Under the pieces are notes generated by a model. That model worked only from the letters and a program-made list of their open reading frames with translations, was not told where the DNA came from and searched no databases. A DNA stretch of 64,000 nt from Plasmodiophora brassicae (Eukaryota), in the NCBI GenBank assembly GCA_036867785.1, contig CP145410.1, forward strand, positions 930,001 through 994,000, given 5' to 3'. Position 1 is the first letter of the stretch, and every line of letters begins with the position of its first letter. Positions 37,600-49,282 of the stretch are shown here, in pieces. A program made the translations under genes and the position numbers.

Positions 37600-38530
37600 G
37601 AATGCTGCCGGGCTCGAGTCATGGCGCCTTGATGCGCTTGGAGACACGGCGAGGGCCGAAGCGGCTGCACCCGCGCCCTTGGTCAGTATCAAATGGGCAC
37701 ATCTGCGGCAGCATGGGCGTACTGACTCGAACGTTACGTGCCGGCGCTGATCGGGGTAACGAAACGGATGAAAGCCGGGCATCGGCGCCGTCATCGAGCT
37801 CGATGCCGCCTGTTGTTTCGCGTCGATGCGGAAGGAATCCGTGTACTCGGACAGAGGCTCCCAGGTCAGGCCGTATTCCTTCAACCAGGTCGGTCGTGGC
37901 GTTCGCCCTGTCACGGGTACGACGTGAGAAGGCCACTAGCGCCGAGTGATGCGAAACCATGCGGCCACTGACCGGCAGGGTCAACGACGGGCCTTGACGG
38001 TCGCTGCCGGGAACGGGCGTCTTGTTCGCGAGGATAGGGCTGACGCACCGCTGTAAATCTGTCCAGAGCACGTCAGTGACATCGTGTTCCCAGTTGCACC
38101 GATCGCCCCGACATGAATGGTTGGTTGACAGAGCGGAATGGGCCTGGGATTCGCCCCGGCAGGTTGATGTCAGTGGTTCGCTCACAGAACTGGACGTCGC
38201 GACAGTTGTCCGTGTGATGGAACAGCGACAACGTGAGCAACTTGCCAGTTAGCTCGTTGTCGTCGATGTCGTCATCTTCCAGTTTGGCTAACCACTGACG
38301 TTAGGAAGTCGGCCCTTGGAGCTGCTGGGCGAATGGCCCAAACCTTGGCGCTGTCTGGGTGATCGTGGCAGTCGCACACGTGTGTTCCTGCCAACAAAGT
38401 CGGTGACGGCTGCCGGGCGGTCCGGCCTGGAGACCGCCTCGCTAACGATTGCGTCGACCAGACTGGCACTGCTGCCAGATATGAATTCACACGTGCATGG
38501 ATGATATCAGGGTGCCATGCTCACCTCATT
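37600..38530 (-). CDS. Possible multi-exon hypothetical protein (model unresolved)
   Basis: Exon-like segments (PTWLKEYGLTWEPLSEYTDSFRID...) flanked by GTCAGT/GTGAGC..CAG introns. Start and stop not resolved. Confidence 0.3.
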
Positions 38531-38708
38531 GCCTAGGCGACACGGCCAACGATGCCTCGAGCAGGCGACTGTTGAGGCCTAGCCTGGACCGACTTGGGAA
38601 GACACCAGTTTCCATTGCTTCAGGTCACAGGAAGCTACTCGTTCGCTGAAGGCGCAACACGCGCGTAAAAGGAGCAGAGGAATAAATTAACATTGGGAAG
38701 TCGCACAG

Positions 38709-41065
38709 CTAGTTGTCCTTGTCGGCGAATATCGCCACGCAGGATAACCCGACCAGCAGTACTCCCATGACGGCCAGCTCGAAGGCGATCCCATATCGCG
38801 TCTGTCGCCTCGCATACGCCTTCCGTTGTTCCTGTGCACGGAAATTATCGAAGAACATCGGCACCGGTGCATCGTGTTGTCGAAAATCGTCGACATTGCC
38901 GAGGTGTTCCTAGGCATTGCAGACGTCAGACCCCCCACCTGTCACGTCTGCACGCTAATTACGTTCTCAACTCGAAACAGGGCCCACATACATCGCCGGA
39001 AAACCTAATATACACTCAACTGCCATGTTCGAATCTGAACGAGGAGCAACGTACTTCGAGAAGCATTAGCAACGGCGCTATTACCATTTGGTATGCATCA
39101 GATTCCGTCAAGATACAGAAGAGCGGGTTTCTAGATGATGGGATCAAGCTGGCAGTCCAGAGGAAACGCAATACGAAGTTGAACAAGACGGCCATGGCAT
39201 AATACTCGGCTTTGTTGTAGAGGCGACGCTTACGTAGCCCCACGCTACACGTGGAAACGTCGAACTCGAACATTGACCAATCCACTAAAACATCCCAGAT
39301 AAAGGTGAACATGGTACTGGCCAGGAAACTGATCAGCCAGATGATGCGAAACGTGGTCCACTCCTTGCCTTGACCGACAGTGTAACTGGAGTGGAACACG
39401 CCAAGTAGAATCACGGAGTGAGCGATAAGGTACTTGCAGGCGTTCGGCAGATTCGGGAAGCGCTGTGACGTTTCAAAGTACCTGCGAAGACATTGCATGA
39501 AACGCCAGTACAGTGGAAGTGCAGACATCAACGGAACAGTCACATTGGACATTCGCGAACATCTTGCAACTCGGTCGTCAAGGTCGAGCGCCAAATTGGC
39601 GGTCAGACATAGGGACGTCGAGAAATCGATTGCAAGCTTGAAGGTCGACGTCAAGAAGTCGGCGATGAAGAATGCAGAGAAGCTCGTGCGCGAGAAAGGA
39701 GATGATACGATCTGGCCGAGGTTGTACAGGAGGTATTGCCGAGATTTCCAGTGCCGCGATATGACACGAATCGGAAGGACAAACCGGACCATCACCCAAA
39801 TGACCAAGGCACTAGGGATCATATCAATCGACAGCAGATCGCCGGTCTTCAACGGCCAAAGCAGCGCTAAAGAAAATATGAGGAGATTGGCGAGCACACC
39901 AATGGTCAGGTTTGCTGAGTCGTTAAAGATCTATTCAGTGACAATGTTAGCGAAACGCAGCACCCCAACGTAACACATTAGCACCTGAAAGTAAGACAAT
40001 CTGGATTCAGGATCCATTTGAAATATGTACAAGAAATTCACTCGGAACTTTGTGAAGACGAGGATGACAATACCCCATAACCACCTGCAACGACAATAAT
40101 GAGATAGCACATTTCACATTGAGAGACGCTATCGTAGCAAGCGTACATGAGCCCACAAAGGACGAGTGTGCATCGGTAGACCGGCGTGTATGCGCGGACG
40201 TAGCCCTGTAAGTCGTCTGGAACCTCCAGGCTCGTCAAATTGACCATGACCAGAATCCAGATAACCAGGGTGACACAGATGCCAGTTTTGACGCCCAACC
40301 GGAACGCATCTCGGCGCTCGAAATCTGGGCCAGTCATCCGATGCAGGAGAGCAATCTTGGCCGCCGTCTCGTCTCCAGATTCAAAATGCATCGCATACTC
40401 GCGGACAACTCGGTTAATCTGTTGCACGAGTCCCTTGTTTCTGAAGACGGCACGAGACCGGAGGCCCGCTATCTGTGCCGATACATGGCTTCCTGTCACC
40501 TTGTCGAACTTCTTCGTGATTTTTCGCCTACAGTGTACGATTGTCGATGCATGACCACGGGCAAAGGTGATGACACCTACACAGCCTGGAAGTTCAGCAA
40601 GGCGAAGTTCAGGACCATGTTCAGACGCCGGAAACACTGGACAAATTCGGATCTGAGCGCGCTGGACGTGTCCGGGTTGTCGGTCGAATCGGCGATCTGG
40701 CAGCACCTTTCGAGACGGTTCTCTACGCCAGCAAGCATGAGACCATACGCATTGTCGACCTTGTCGATCTGCGCCGACAATTCGCCCAGCCACCTCTGCT
40801 GGGCAGGGTCGTCATCGGCGTCCGACGTAGCGAGCAGTCCAGTCGTCTCATCTTCCGCGATGGACACCGACCCTCTGGTGAGGAACCGCTCTCTCATAAC
40901 GTCCATGTTGTCCTCCGCGTCGGCGTGGACATGGTCGACATCGTCGTCGTAGTCGTGATCCTCGCCGGTGCCACCCGGCATCGTCTTCTTCAGCAGATCG
41001 TAATCGAGATAGTCGTCTCGCCACTCCTCGATCAGCTGCGCTTTCATCAACACGCCGAACCGCAT
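38709..41065 (-). CDS. SPX-EXS phosphate exporter (XPR1/PHO1/SYG1 family)
   Basis: MRFG..EEWRDDYLDYDLLKK, LNFALLNFQA-RKITKKFDK, FFIADFLTS, RFMQCLRRY..NACKY, WDVLVDW, RRCMWALFRVENEHL. Confidence 0.93.
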
Positions 41066-41247
41066 GGCGGCGGACGGTGACGATCAGCGAATGGTCGTGG
41101 CCACCTCCGGACTTCGACTGCCAACCGGCCAACCACCCGTACTGCCGAAACCTGTCTTCTACACAGATCCAATTTGTCGTAACGGTAACGGGGAAGCAAG
41201 CAAACTGTATTTGGTGTAGTTGGAACAGGGAACATACGGTCGTGATA

Positions 41248-42089
41248 TTAGACCTGGTCGACAAACGGCTGGGGCCTTGAACGCGTCATGGCGATGTTCC
41301 AGTGCTGGGCGTTTTCGACCATAAGCATGAAGGCGATGCCGGCCAGGAAGTACTGTCCATAGGTGGCGCCGTACAGAGCGACGGCGCATGCTAGGACGAA
41401 GCCGACGGAGTGTACGATCACGGATGCACGGGTCTCGCTCTGGACGCAGCGACGAACAGCGATGTCGAACAGCTGGCCACCGTCCAGCGAGTAGATCGGC
41501 AGGCAGAGGTTGGCCAGGTTCAACCAGATTGACCACCGCATCACTTTGAACATCAGATCGGTATACTGGTTGAAGGTTGCTGGTGACGAATTGTTCACCA
41601 ATGCCAGCTGACCGATGTAGAATAGCAGCCCCACAATGATACCGGTCCCTCCACCTATTCATTCACAGCAAATAAGAAACATATAATTATAACGAAAACC
41701 GATATATGCCGAACCTGCAACCAGAATAAGGGCATGTTGGGTTGGTGATTGTGCACCTTCGTGTTTACAGAACCCAGACAGGAGGCTCAGATGAAGGGCG
41801 GGCTTCAGTGTAAAACGTTTCGCCATCAGTGCATGCCCAAATTCCTATACTCAACAGCTCCATTACCTAACACAGATCGGGCAGTCCAACCAGCATAACT
41901 CACGTGAACCAAGAAGAAAAGTGCAATCAGGGCGGCGTACTCGAGACCCAAAGCAGCATCCTTCGACTGGATCGCAACAGAGATAAAGCTGACAGCGAGC
42001 AGACCCACGAACCCAACATCGACAGTTATATCGACGTCGAATATGGAACACAGGCGGATTGGTCGCCCGATTGTCTGCGTCAACGACAT
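41248..42089 (-). CDS. Site-2 protease (peptidase M50) of SpoIVFB/bacterial type, 3 exons
   Basis: Splicing restores LVH|EFGHAL (HExxH). Also WLNLANLCLPIYSLDGG and the N-terminal IRLCSIFDVDITV hairpin typical of M50B. Confidence 0.85.
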
Positions 42090-42339
42090 CGTCAACGGGC
42101 GTACCGAATTCCGAAAGAGGCCGACCCTAAATATAGCGTGGCAGTGTCACGCACGGGCACGGCCCGTGGGGTCGCGGAACTCGTGTGTAAGTAGCTACGC
42201 TGACAGTACCATACCGGAATTAAATCGGATCTGCTCCACGAAAGCAGTTCATTGTGGTGTTATACTTGTGTGATAGAGGATTGAACCCTGGAGCGCCTAG
42301 CGCTGCTAGGCGTGAGAGTACGCGTGTCGCTCTACCAAG

Positions 42340-42828
42340 CGATTCCGACAAATTGTTCAGGATCGTGCATGCACGCATCATAGCCAGCATCGCATGCGTG
42401 TAACGGCTGGTGGCTACTGACGAAGAAGATTTCGTAAGCAGATCCTCCACCTGTGAGCACGCAGCGATTGACGACCCGTTCAGTAGAAGATCACAGGTAT
42501 CTGCCAAACCTGCAGTTAGAATGAGAGCACATTGGGCGGGTCGATCTTGTTCGAATACCTCCAGACATGAGGTCAGAGTGGACGGCAGACGTCATCGTAA
42601 ACAGTTTCGCCTCGTGCGTACGTTCAAGTACCTACAATCAATTACACAGTTAAATTTAAGGTCGCTTCGGATGCTTGCGTAATCACCACGGCACGCTCGA
42701 GGTCCATAGCAGCATCTCGCTAAACGAACACGGTATCGAGTAGACCCACAAAACCGTCGTCGACAGTAAACAGTGTTCGATACGGAGCACGGTCGCAATG
42801 ACCGTCCAATCATCTGCGACAGCGACAC
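42340..42828 (-). pseudogene. Degenerate copy of the adjacent M50 protease gene
   Basis: (M)SLSQMIGRSLRPCSV vs MSLTQTIGRPIRLCSI; ggttttgtgggtctactcg vs gggttcgtgggtctgctcg; retained splice contexts (tgcag-gtttggcagat, cag-gtggagg); SRYTHAMLAMMR vs NQYTDLMFKVMR. Frameshifted, with GTG in place of the ATG. Confidence 0.75.
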
Positions 42829-43013
42829 AGCTAGCGTCCCACGAAGACCATGCTCGCGGTTTGCGCCCGATACGCAGCGTCAACGCTATCGCTTCCTTCT
42901 ACTCCGAAACGAATACACAGGCCTGACAATGGTCCATGAACGTCTAACTTGAATGGTTGTATGGACTCGGGCAGAGAAAATAGCATTGGGTGTACAGGAG
43001 CTATCACATGCGG

Positions 43014-44141
43014 TTATGATGCCAGCTGGTCACCCGCCTGAACCTTTGCTGGGCCAGTCGACTCTGCCGCTGACGCGGGGCGCGGACGACGTGGAGGACG
43101 TCGCCCCTGACGACCCTGTTGCTGATCCTGCTGTACAGAAGCGCCGCCGTCATTTGCCGAGGCCTGGTTCTGATTAGGACGACGACGGCCCCGCCCACCA
43201 CGGCGCCGATTCTCATTGTTCGAAGACGGTTGTTGAGGTCCGCCAGCACCGGCCTGCTGCTGCTGCCTCGTGCGGTTCGGGTTGCCGTCACCATCTCTGC
43301 CGTCGCCGCCTCCACGACGACGATTACGGCCGTTGCGATGGTACCGGGAACCACTGTACCCTGCAGCAATCGTGCCGAACGTTTCCTCATTGCGACCTCT
43401 GCGATTTTCATCAGGTCGTGCACGCTCGTCACGATCCAGGGATATGTCATCGAAGAACGATGATGACTTGTCGTACTTCTTCGTCATCGCGATGTCAGAT
43501 GTTCTTGCAGGAGACGCAGCAGGTGCCAATGTGTCATCGTCGGCCTTGTGATCATCAGCGGGCGGCGTCGGGCTTTGGAGTGCCTTCACGAACGATGCCT
43601 TGTCGAATCGGGCGTTCGAGGACTGTATGTCGAACTCAACACCTGATAAATCTGCGCTTGCATTCGGGGCCGACTGATTCTTGAAGCGATGCGACTGCAG
43701 ATACGACACCGTCCCTGGACCCGAATACGTCTGATCATGCGAGCCGGTGTCGATATTCATACGTTGCATTTGCGAGACCAAGGATTGGTTCGGCGCCGCC
43801 ATGGGCTGGGCTGGCGGTGGTACGCCTGACGTAGATGACGCCACCGGTGGCGACGGCGCCGCTGTTCCGACAATGGCGGGATCATCAGGAGGAGCCTGAT
43901 CGTCTTGCTGTTCACATACGACAAGGTTCTTGATGTCTGCACCCTTGAATATGATGAACTGGTAGACGGTAGGGGCCGGCGGCACTGCTTCGGGTCGACG
44001 GCCTTCGGTGCCGAAACAACGCACGTTCGACAGGGCGACCGTCGAGTTGACAGGGTCGATTGTGAACAGCGTACCCTCGTAGCGTATGTCAGACTTGGAT
44101 ATCAGGCTGATACGCGACCCGATAAACGGTAGGGCAGCCAT
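43014..44141 (-). CDS. LSM14: LSM14/Scd6/DCP5 mRNA decapping and P-body factor, intronless
   Basis: [39 protein letters not shown] (FDF-like), [12 protein letters not shown] (FFD), NEETFG (TFG) and an RGG-rich tail. Confidence 0.95.
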   Translation of the reverse strand: MAALPFIGSRISLISKSDIRYEGTLFTIDPVNSTVALSNVRCFGTEGRRPEAVPPAPTVYQFIIFKGADIKNLVVCEQQDDQAPPDDPAIVGTAAPSPPVASSTSGVPPPAQPMAAPNQSLVSQMQRMNIDTGSHDQTYSGPGTVSYLQSHRFKNQSAPNASADLSGVEFDIQSSNARFDKASFVKALQSPTPPADDHKADDDTLAPAASPARTSDIAMTKKYDKSSSFFDDISLDRDERARPDENRRGRNEETFGTIAAGYSGSRYHRNGRNRRRGGGDGRDGDGNPNRTRQQQQAGAGGPQQPSSNNENRRRGGRGRRRPNQNQASANDGGASVQQDQQQGRQGRRPPRRPRPASAAESTGPAKVQAGDQLAS

Positions 44142-44685
44142 GGTGACGACCAGCGGCTTCGACGCCGGATGGCCAACTGCAACTGAGAGTCCGCGCACTA
44201 CGTGACCAGTGCCTACTACTGATGACTGGGGTGCGCCGGTCGTTGAGAAACCTCACCTATACAGGATCTCAGCTACCTAGGCTAACTCTGCGAAATGGGC
44301 CTGGGCATCAGGAGGTGCGGGTTACAGATTGAGTTTCGTCTCGAAAGCAGGCATTGTCAACGATGTACATTAGTACTACAGGTTCGTAAACACGTCAAAT
44401 TAACTCTGCGTCTCCTTCGTACGTTGCAGCGTTATGCATGTAGTGCCGGTACAGACTCGGATATTGGCAGAGCGATGTCCTGTTAGGTACCGCCTGGCCT
44501 GCTGTGGATGATACTCAACTGACGGCCCCGCCCGCCCTCTCCCGTACTTGAAACAATTTATCCACACCACGCAACGCCTCGAGACAATATCGTTTTCGCA
44601 GCTCCAGGACAGGAACATAGCTGAAGCACCGCAAACAACCGACAGACGGTTCGTAATCATGATAAAGTACTTGCAAAATCGTTAA

Positions 44686-45272
44686 TCATGTATATAGCAC
44701 CTGGGCATTACTGGTCATACCGTATTCTCTCCAAATGCAACGTGTTGCCTTACAAGGAATATTAGAAACAATAGGATGACGCTCAGAAAGATGATGATTT
44801 TTAATCTGCTGAACCCTGACGCTCGCTTCAGTGCCTCATGTGCGAACGTTCCCATAATCCGATCCCGTACCTGACTTCTGAATGAGCTTGTTCAACTTCC
44901 GAGTCACGATATCTACTCGCACCTGCGCCTCGGCAGCGTCAGCATTAAGGTCCTCCACCATTCTAGGACGATGCGGTCAGAAATCACTTGACATGGAAAG
45001 ACAACTCAGACTCACGCGTTCTGATCGACTAGTTCCGTGTTGATTTGTTGACCCATTATACCGAGCTTCCTGACGGTTCCAACCATGTCGCCAAGCGCTT
45101 CCTCCATCATCTCGTGACGCTCCATCTCCATCACGTCGTCTCTCTCTATCGGCACGGCAATGTACCCTTGGGTCGGCTTGGGTCGCGGCGGCGACTCCGA
45201 TCGACGCTGCCATCCCTTGGATGCTGCCAGGACGCGACGTGAACCCGTCGGCACATACTGGTTAAACGCCAT
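44686..45272 (-). CDS. Short Qc-SNARE (Bet1/syntaxin-6-like SNARE motif plus TM), 4 exons
   Basis: EEALGDMVGTVRKLGIMGQQINTELVDQN..MVEDL..VDIVTRKLNKL, with C-terminal TM KIIIFLSVILLFLIFL|VLYT*. Confidence 0.82.
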
Positions 45273-45482
45273 GCCTGTCGCCGACCCGTTAACAGTCGGG
45301 CTTCGACCTCATTTCCGAGGCGACGCAAACTGCCGCGCAACGCCAAAACGCCGCCTGCTGGCCGTGCTACTGCTACTGCTCGTGACGCTGACAACCGTCA
45401 AGCCGACACTGTTGCCTGAGCGGCCAATACAACACCATGTGCAACTGTATTGAAGACGTAACCAGCGTTGCGCTTGCGAAAC

Positions 45483-46203
45483 TCAGCGGGAACGGGTCAA
45501 CTTTTGCGTGACTGGAATCATGAACGAGCAGATCGTGCTGTACAAGTGCTCCCAGGCTGCAGGACCACCAACATGCATTGAATAATTGAAGGACTGGAAC
45601 ACTATAGGTCGTACTGGATACCTTCGCATACATCAGAGGTGAAGTCTTCCGCCAGTCCTGCTTTGACCATGGCCAGCAGCGCCTGGCCAAACGGGTCGTA
45701 ATGTTCCTATTGGGGGCAAGTGTTGAGATTCAGATGAGCAGCACCTGAGCTGGGCATCGGGGGTTACCGGCTGGATGCCGTGCGGATGGTGGACCTCGGC
45801 CAACCTGGTTAGAATTTCGCTGATGGCCGCTGCGTCCTTTCCCAACAGATCGACTAGATTGTTTAACGCAGTCGTTAGCCTTCGCCCCTGCATGACCAGG
45901 TCGCATTGGAAAAGGGCTTCCACTTCGGGAGCATTCTTGAAGAGAATCTCAAAGAACCTACATCAGGAAGCACATATAAGCCTCATGAATATTAATTGTG
46001 AGGCTATAGTACATGACGGCCAGCAGATCCATTGCATCCTGCACACTCGGGTTCGACCCCAGACGATCGCGTTCACCTTTGCCCTGACCGCTTTTCAACG
46101 TCAGCCAGGTCTTCCGCACGATGTCAATGCGCTCTTCCGTCAGGTTTGGCGACGCCGGGCAGGATGGTGGAAGATACTGCTGCCAAGAAGATGCCGCTGC
46201 CAT
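45483..46203 (-). CDS. Single-domain 3/3 globin, copy A (4 exons)
   Basis: LTEERIDIVRKTW (A helix), FFEILFKNAPEVEALF (B/C/CD1), QGRRL (E7 Gln), LAEVHHPHGIQPEHYDPFG (F8 His), AWEHLY (H helix). Confidence 0.9.
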
Positions 46204-46411
46204 GGCCCCACGCTGACACAAATTGGCACCGAGCTGTCGATCGGCCAATCTATCACAAACCTTGTGAATATGGATGTGTGCTGAAGTACCGTAATTCACA
46301 TGAACTGCGGCCACACGGCGGGACGGAGCCGTTCACATGATTTATGGTGATTCATATCCGTAGAGTCGTTCGTATGAGCGTTCGGACTGTATCGTCCTCG
46401 TTTCGAAACGC

Positions 46412-47123
46412 TTAGCCGCAGTCGGCCATCTTTAGAGTGATCGGGATCATGACCGAGCAGATCGTGCTGTAGACGTGTACCCAAGCTACCAGCCATCATG
46501 AATGGTGGGAGACCCAGAGTGCCGCAGTCTCGTACTACCTGCACAGGTTTCCGGAGTGAAGTCTTCTCCCAATCCCGCTCTTAGCATGATGACGAATGCT
46601 TGACCAAACGGATCGTAGTGCTCCTGTTGAGCATGCAATAAGGACCAAGGCAAACAGAGCTGAATATTAGCATTTACCGGTTTGATTCCGTATTTATTGT
46701 GGCGCTCCGCCAACCTGGTTAAGGTCGCGCCGAGTGCCATGGTGTCCTTACTCAACAAATCGACGAGGGCGTTTAGCATGGACGACAGTGCTCGACCCTG
46801 CTTGGTCATGCTCCCTTTGTAAAGGAGTCTAAGATCAGGAGCAATCTTGAACAGGTTCGAAAAGAACCTAGCGTGCGAACAAATGACATCACATTACATT
46901 CTGAACACACACATGGCAGGACTATACTCTACAGGTCGGAGATTAGGTCTATTGCATCTTGCTCGTTCGGATTTAGCCCAAGACCGCCGCGTACGCCTTT
47001 GCCTTTGCCGCTCTTCAGCGTCTGCCACGTCTTCTGCACGATGGCGATGCGCTCCTGGGTTAGGTTTGGAGAAGCCGTACAGAACGACGGGATGTACTTC
47101 TGCCAAGCAGGCTCTGTTGTCAT
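46412..47123 (-). CDS. Single-domain 3/3 globin, copy B (4 exons)
   Basis: LTQERIAIVQKTW, FFSNLFKIAPDLRLLY, QGRAL, LAERHNKYGIKPEHYDPFG, AWVHVY. Same three intron positions as copy A. Confidence 0.9.
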
Positions 47124-47384
47124 CACACGACCCAGTGACCTACCCTACTACTTCGAGGTGGCCGGGCAACCAGCGTACTGGTGCGATCTCCCTTCGTCTG
47201 GTGAATATCTGCCACCGATGGGACTAAAGGGACAGAATCGCGTTTGTGGTACAACTCTCGTGTGCTTTTCATTGTTGCGAGTTTCGGCTAATGAGATTTG
47301 TGAAGAAGACCGCGCGTGCCCTACCCGTGGTTCAGTGGAATATATCTGTGTCGGCGTCGGCGACGCTGTGGATAATCAACGGCG

Positions 47385-49229
47385 ATGATCGACTTCGCAC
47401 TGCTGTCGAATTGTATCACTTCGACATTGCTGTTGATTGCCGTCACCCACCTTGTTCTCCACTGGTTCTACTACACCGGTTCTATGCTGGAGAAAATCGT
47501 GAACGGTGATGACCAAGAGCAACGTGTGACGACTGCCCTGGTTGCTACCATGGTCCTCGGCGTCATGCTGCTGTACAATGGCACCATGTACACGATCGTG
47601 GCCAACACCATCTCCTGGGCGCACTTGTATTCGAGCCGAAGTCTCAACGTGTCCGTTTTCCGAAGCGAGTTCTTCTGGGTGCTTACCGTGGAACCGATCA
47701 TCTTCGTCGTTTTCAGCCTGTTCAAGGTCTTCTGCGGCGTGACACAGTTGCTTCGCGCGCAATCTGATGAGACTATCATGGCTCGGCTGTCGTTCAAGAT
47801 GAAAGAGATTGGACGACCGGTGCCCGAGGTGGCCCCGATGCGATTGCACGCCGTGGGTCGCGAACTGAATACGCGGCACAGGTTGTTATCATCATACCCA
47901 TTTACAATGAGCCGTTCGAGCAGCTACGGTCGACCATCGAGAGCATAGCAGGGAATGCATATCCGAAGTCAAGGACGCGAGTCGTCCTGGCTTTCGATGA
48001 CGACCGAATCACGCCAACGTTCGAAGCGGTCTGTAAGCTGATCACGTGTAACGAGAAGGCAACCCTGCAGGGGGATATCGTCTTTGGGAATTTTCTGGGA
48101 CTCAGGTAGCTGTTCCACACGGCCATATATGGCAAGCCTGCCGATTCACGAGCGGTTGTTCAGGGTTGATTGTGCTCGATTCCCACACGGTGGTAAGCGA
48201 CATGTAGGACATAGAGACATGGTCGTCGTCGTCAAACGATAATCACTGAATGCCCATCAGGCACAAATGTGCGCGTTCATGTACTTGCAAGAGGTCCTGG
48301 GGAAGCAGATCCAGAAGCCCCTGCTCTTGTTCCTGGATAGCGATATCACGCTCGACCGCTTGGCGATTGCCCATTTTGTCTACGAGATCACCGAACGGAA
48401 CAACTGCGAAGCGCTGACCGGCTTGATAACGATATCGTCCGGAGGGTTCCTCGAGAACTTGCAGAACGTCGAGTACATCGATTCGCAGGTCCTGCATCGT
48501 GGCACTGAGTCCACGCTAGGCGGTGTATCATGCCTGCCAGGTGCCCTTGCCATGCTGCGATTCGAATCGCTTCGCCTGGTGTCCACCGAATACTTTGCCC
48601 AGCGTCCAGCCACCACTCCGTTCAGTTACGCTCGGCGATCGCTGGGAGAAGACAGGTACTTGACCGAGCTGCTTCTGCAAAGTGACCCGAAGCCCCATCG
48701 CATTGGATTCGCTGTTGCTGCCCGATGCCAAACAACAGGATGTGAGACACTTTCATCGCTGATGAAGCAACGGCGCCGATGGTTCCTCGGGACGGTCAGC
48801 AACGAGGTTTCCGGTCTAACGACCTGGAAGCTGTGGAAGACCCTTCCCCGTCTCCAACTGCTCCAGCTGATGCTGTCGGTAAGAAACGCGCCGCTGTTCT
48901 TGTACTTGGCCATTGCAGAGATTGCTCTGGGGGAGCACAATCAGCTGATGTGGTTGTCGATTGGTGGCTTGGCTGCCATCCAAATCCCAATCTGGATAAC
49001 GGTGACCTACGTCGGCATTACCACAGGACGCGGTATTCTACCCGCCCTCTACTTTCCACTGTATGCGGCATTGCTACCTTTGGCCGGGTTCGCATTCGAA
49101 ATCTATGGCATCATGACCTTCCGGAGACGGTCCTGGGGAGGCCCACGAGCAGATAACGAGAATGGCGCAGCCTACGCTGCGGATGATGAATTCTCGTTAG
49201 AGGCGGACTCGGTAGGCATACGAGTGTAA
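47385..49229 (+). CDS. Processive GT2 glycosyltransferase, chitin-synthase-like, 3 exons
   Basis: N-terminal TM helices, VIIIPIYNEP, LAFDD, HGGKR, FLDSD, CLPGAL, LGEDRYLT, QRRRW, C-terminal TMs and SWGGPR. Confidence 0.88.
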
Positions 49230-49282
49230 GCTATACACGAACATGGCAACAAATTGTGTACAGTAAAGGTCTACACACGTAG

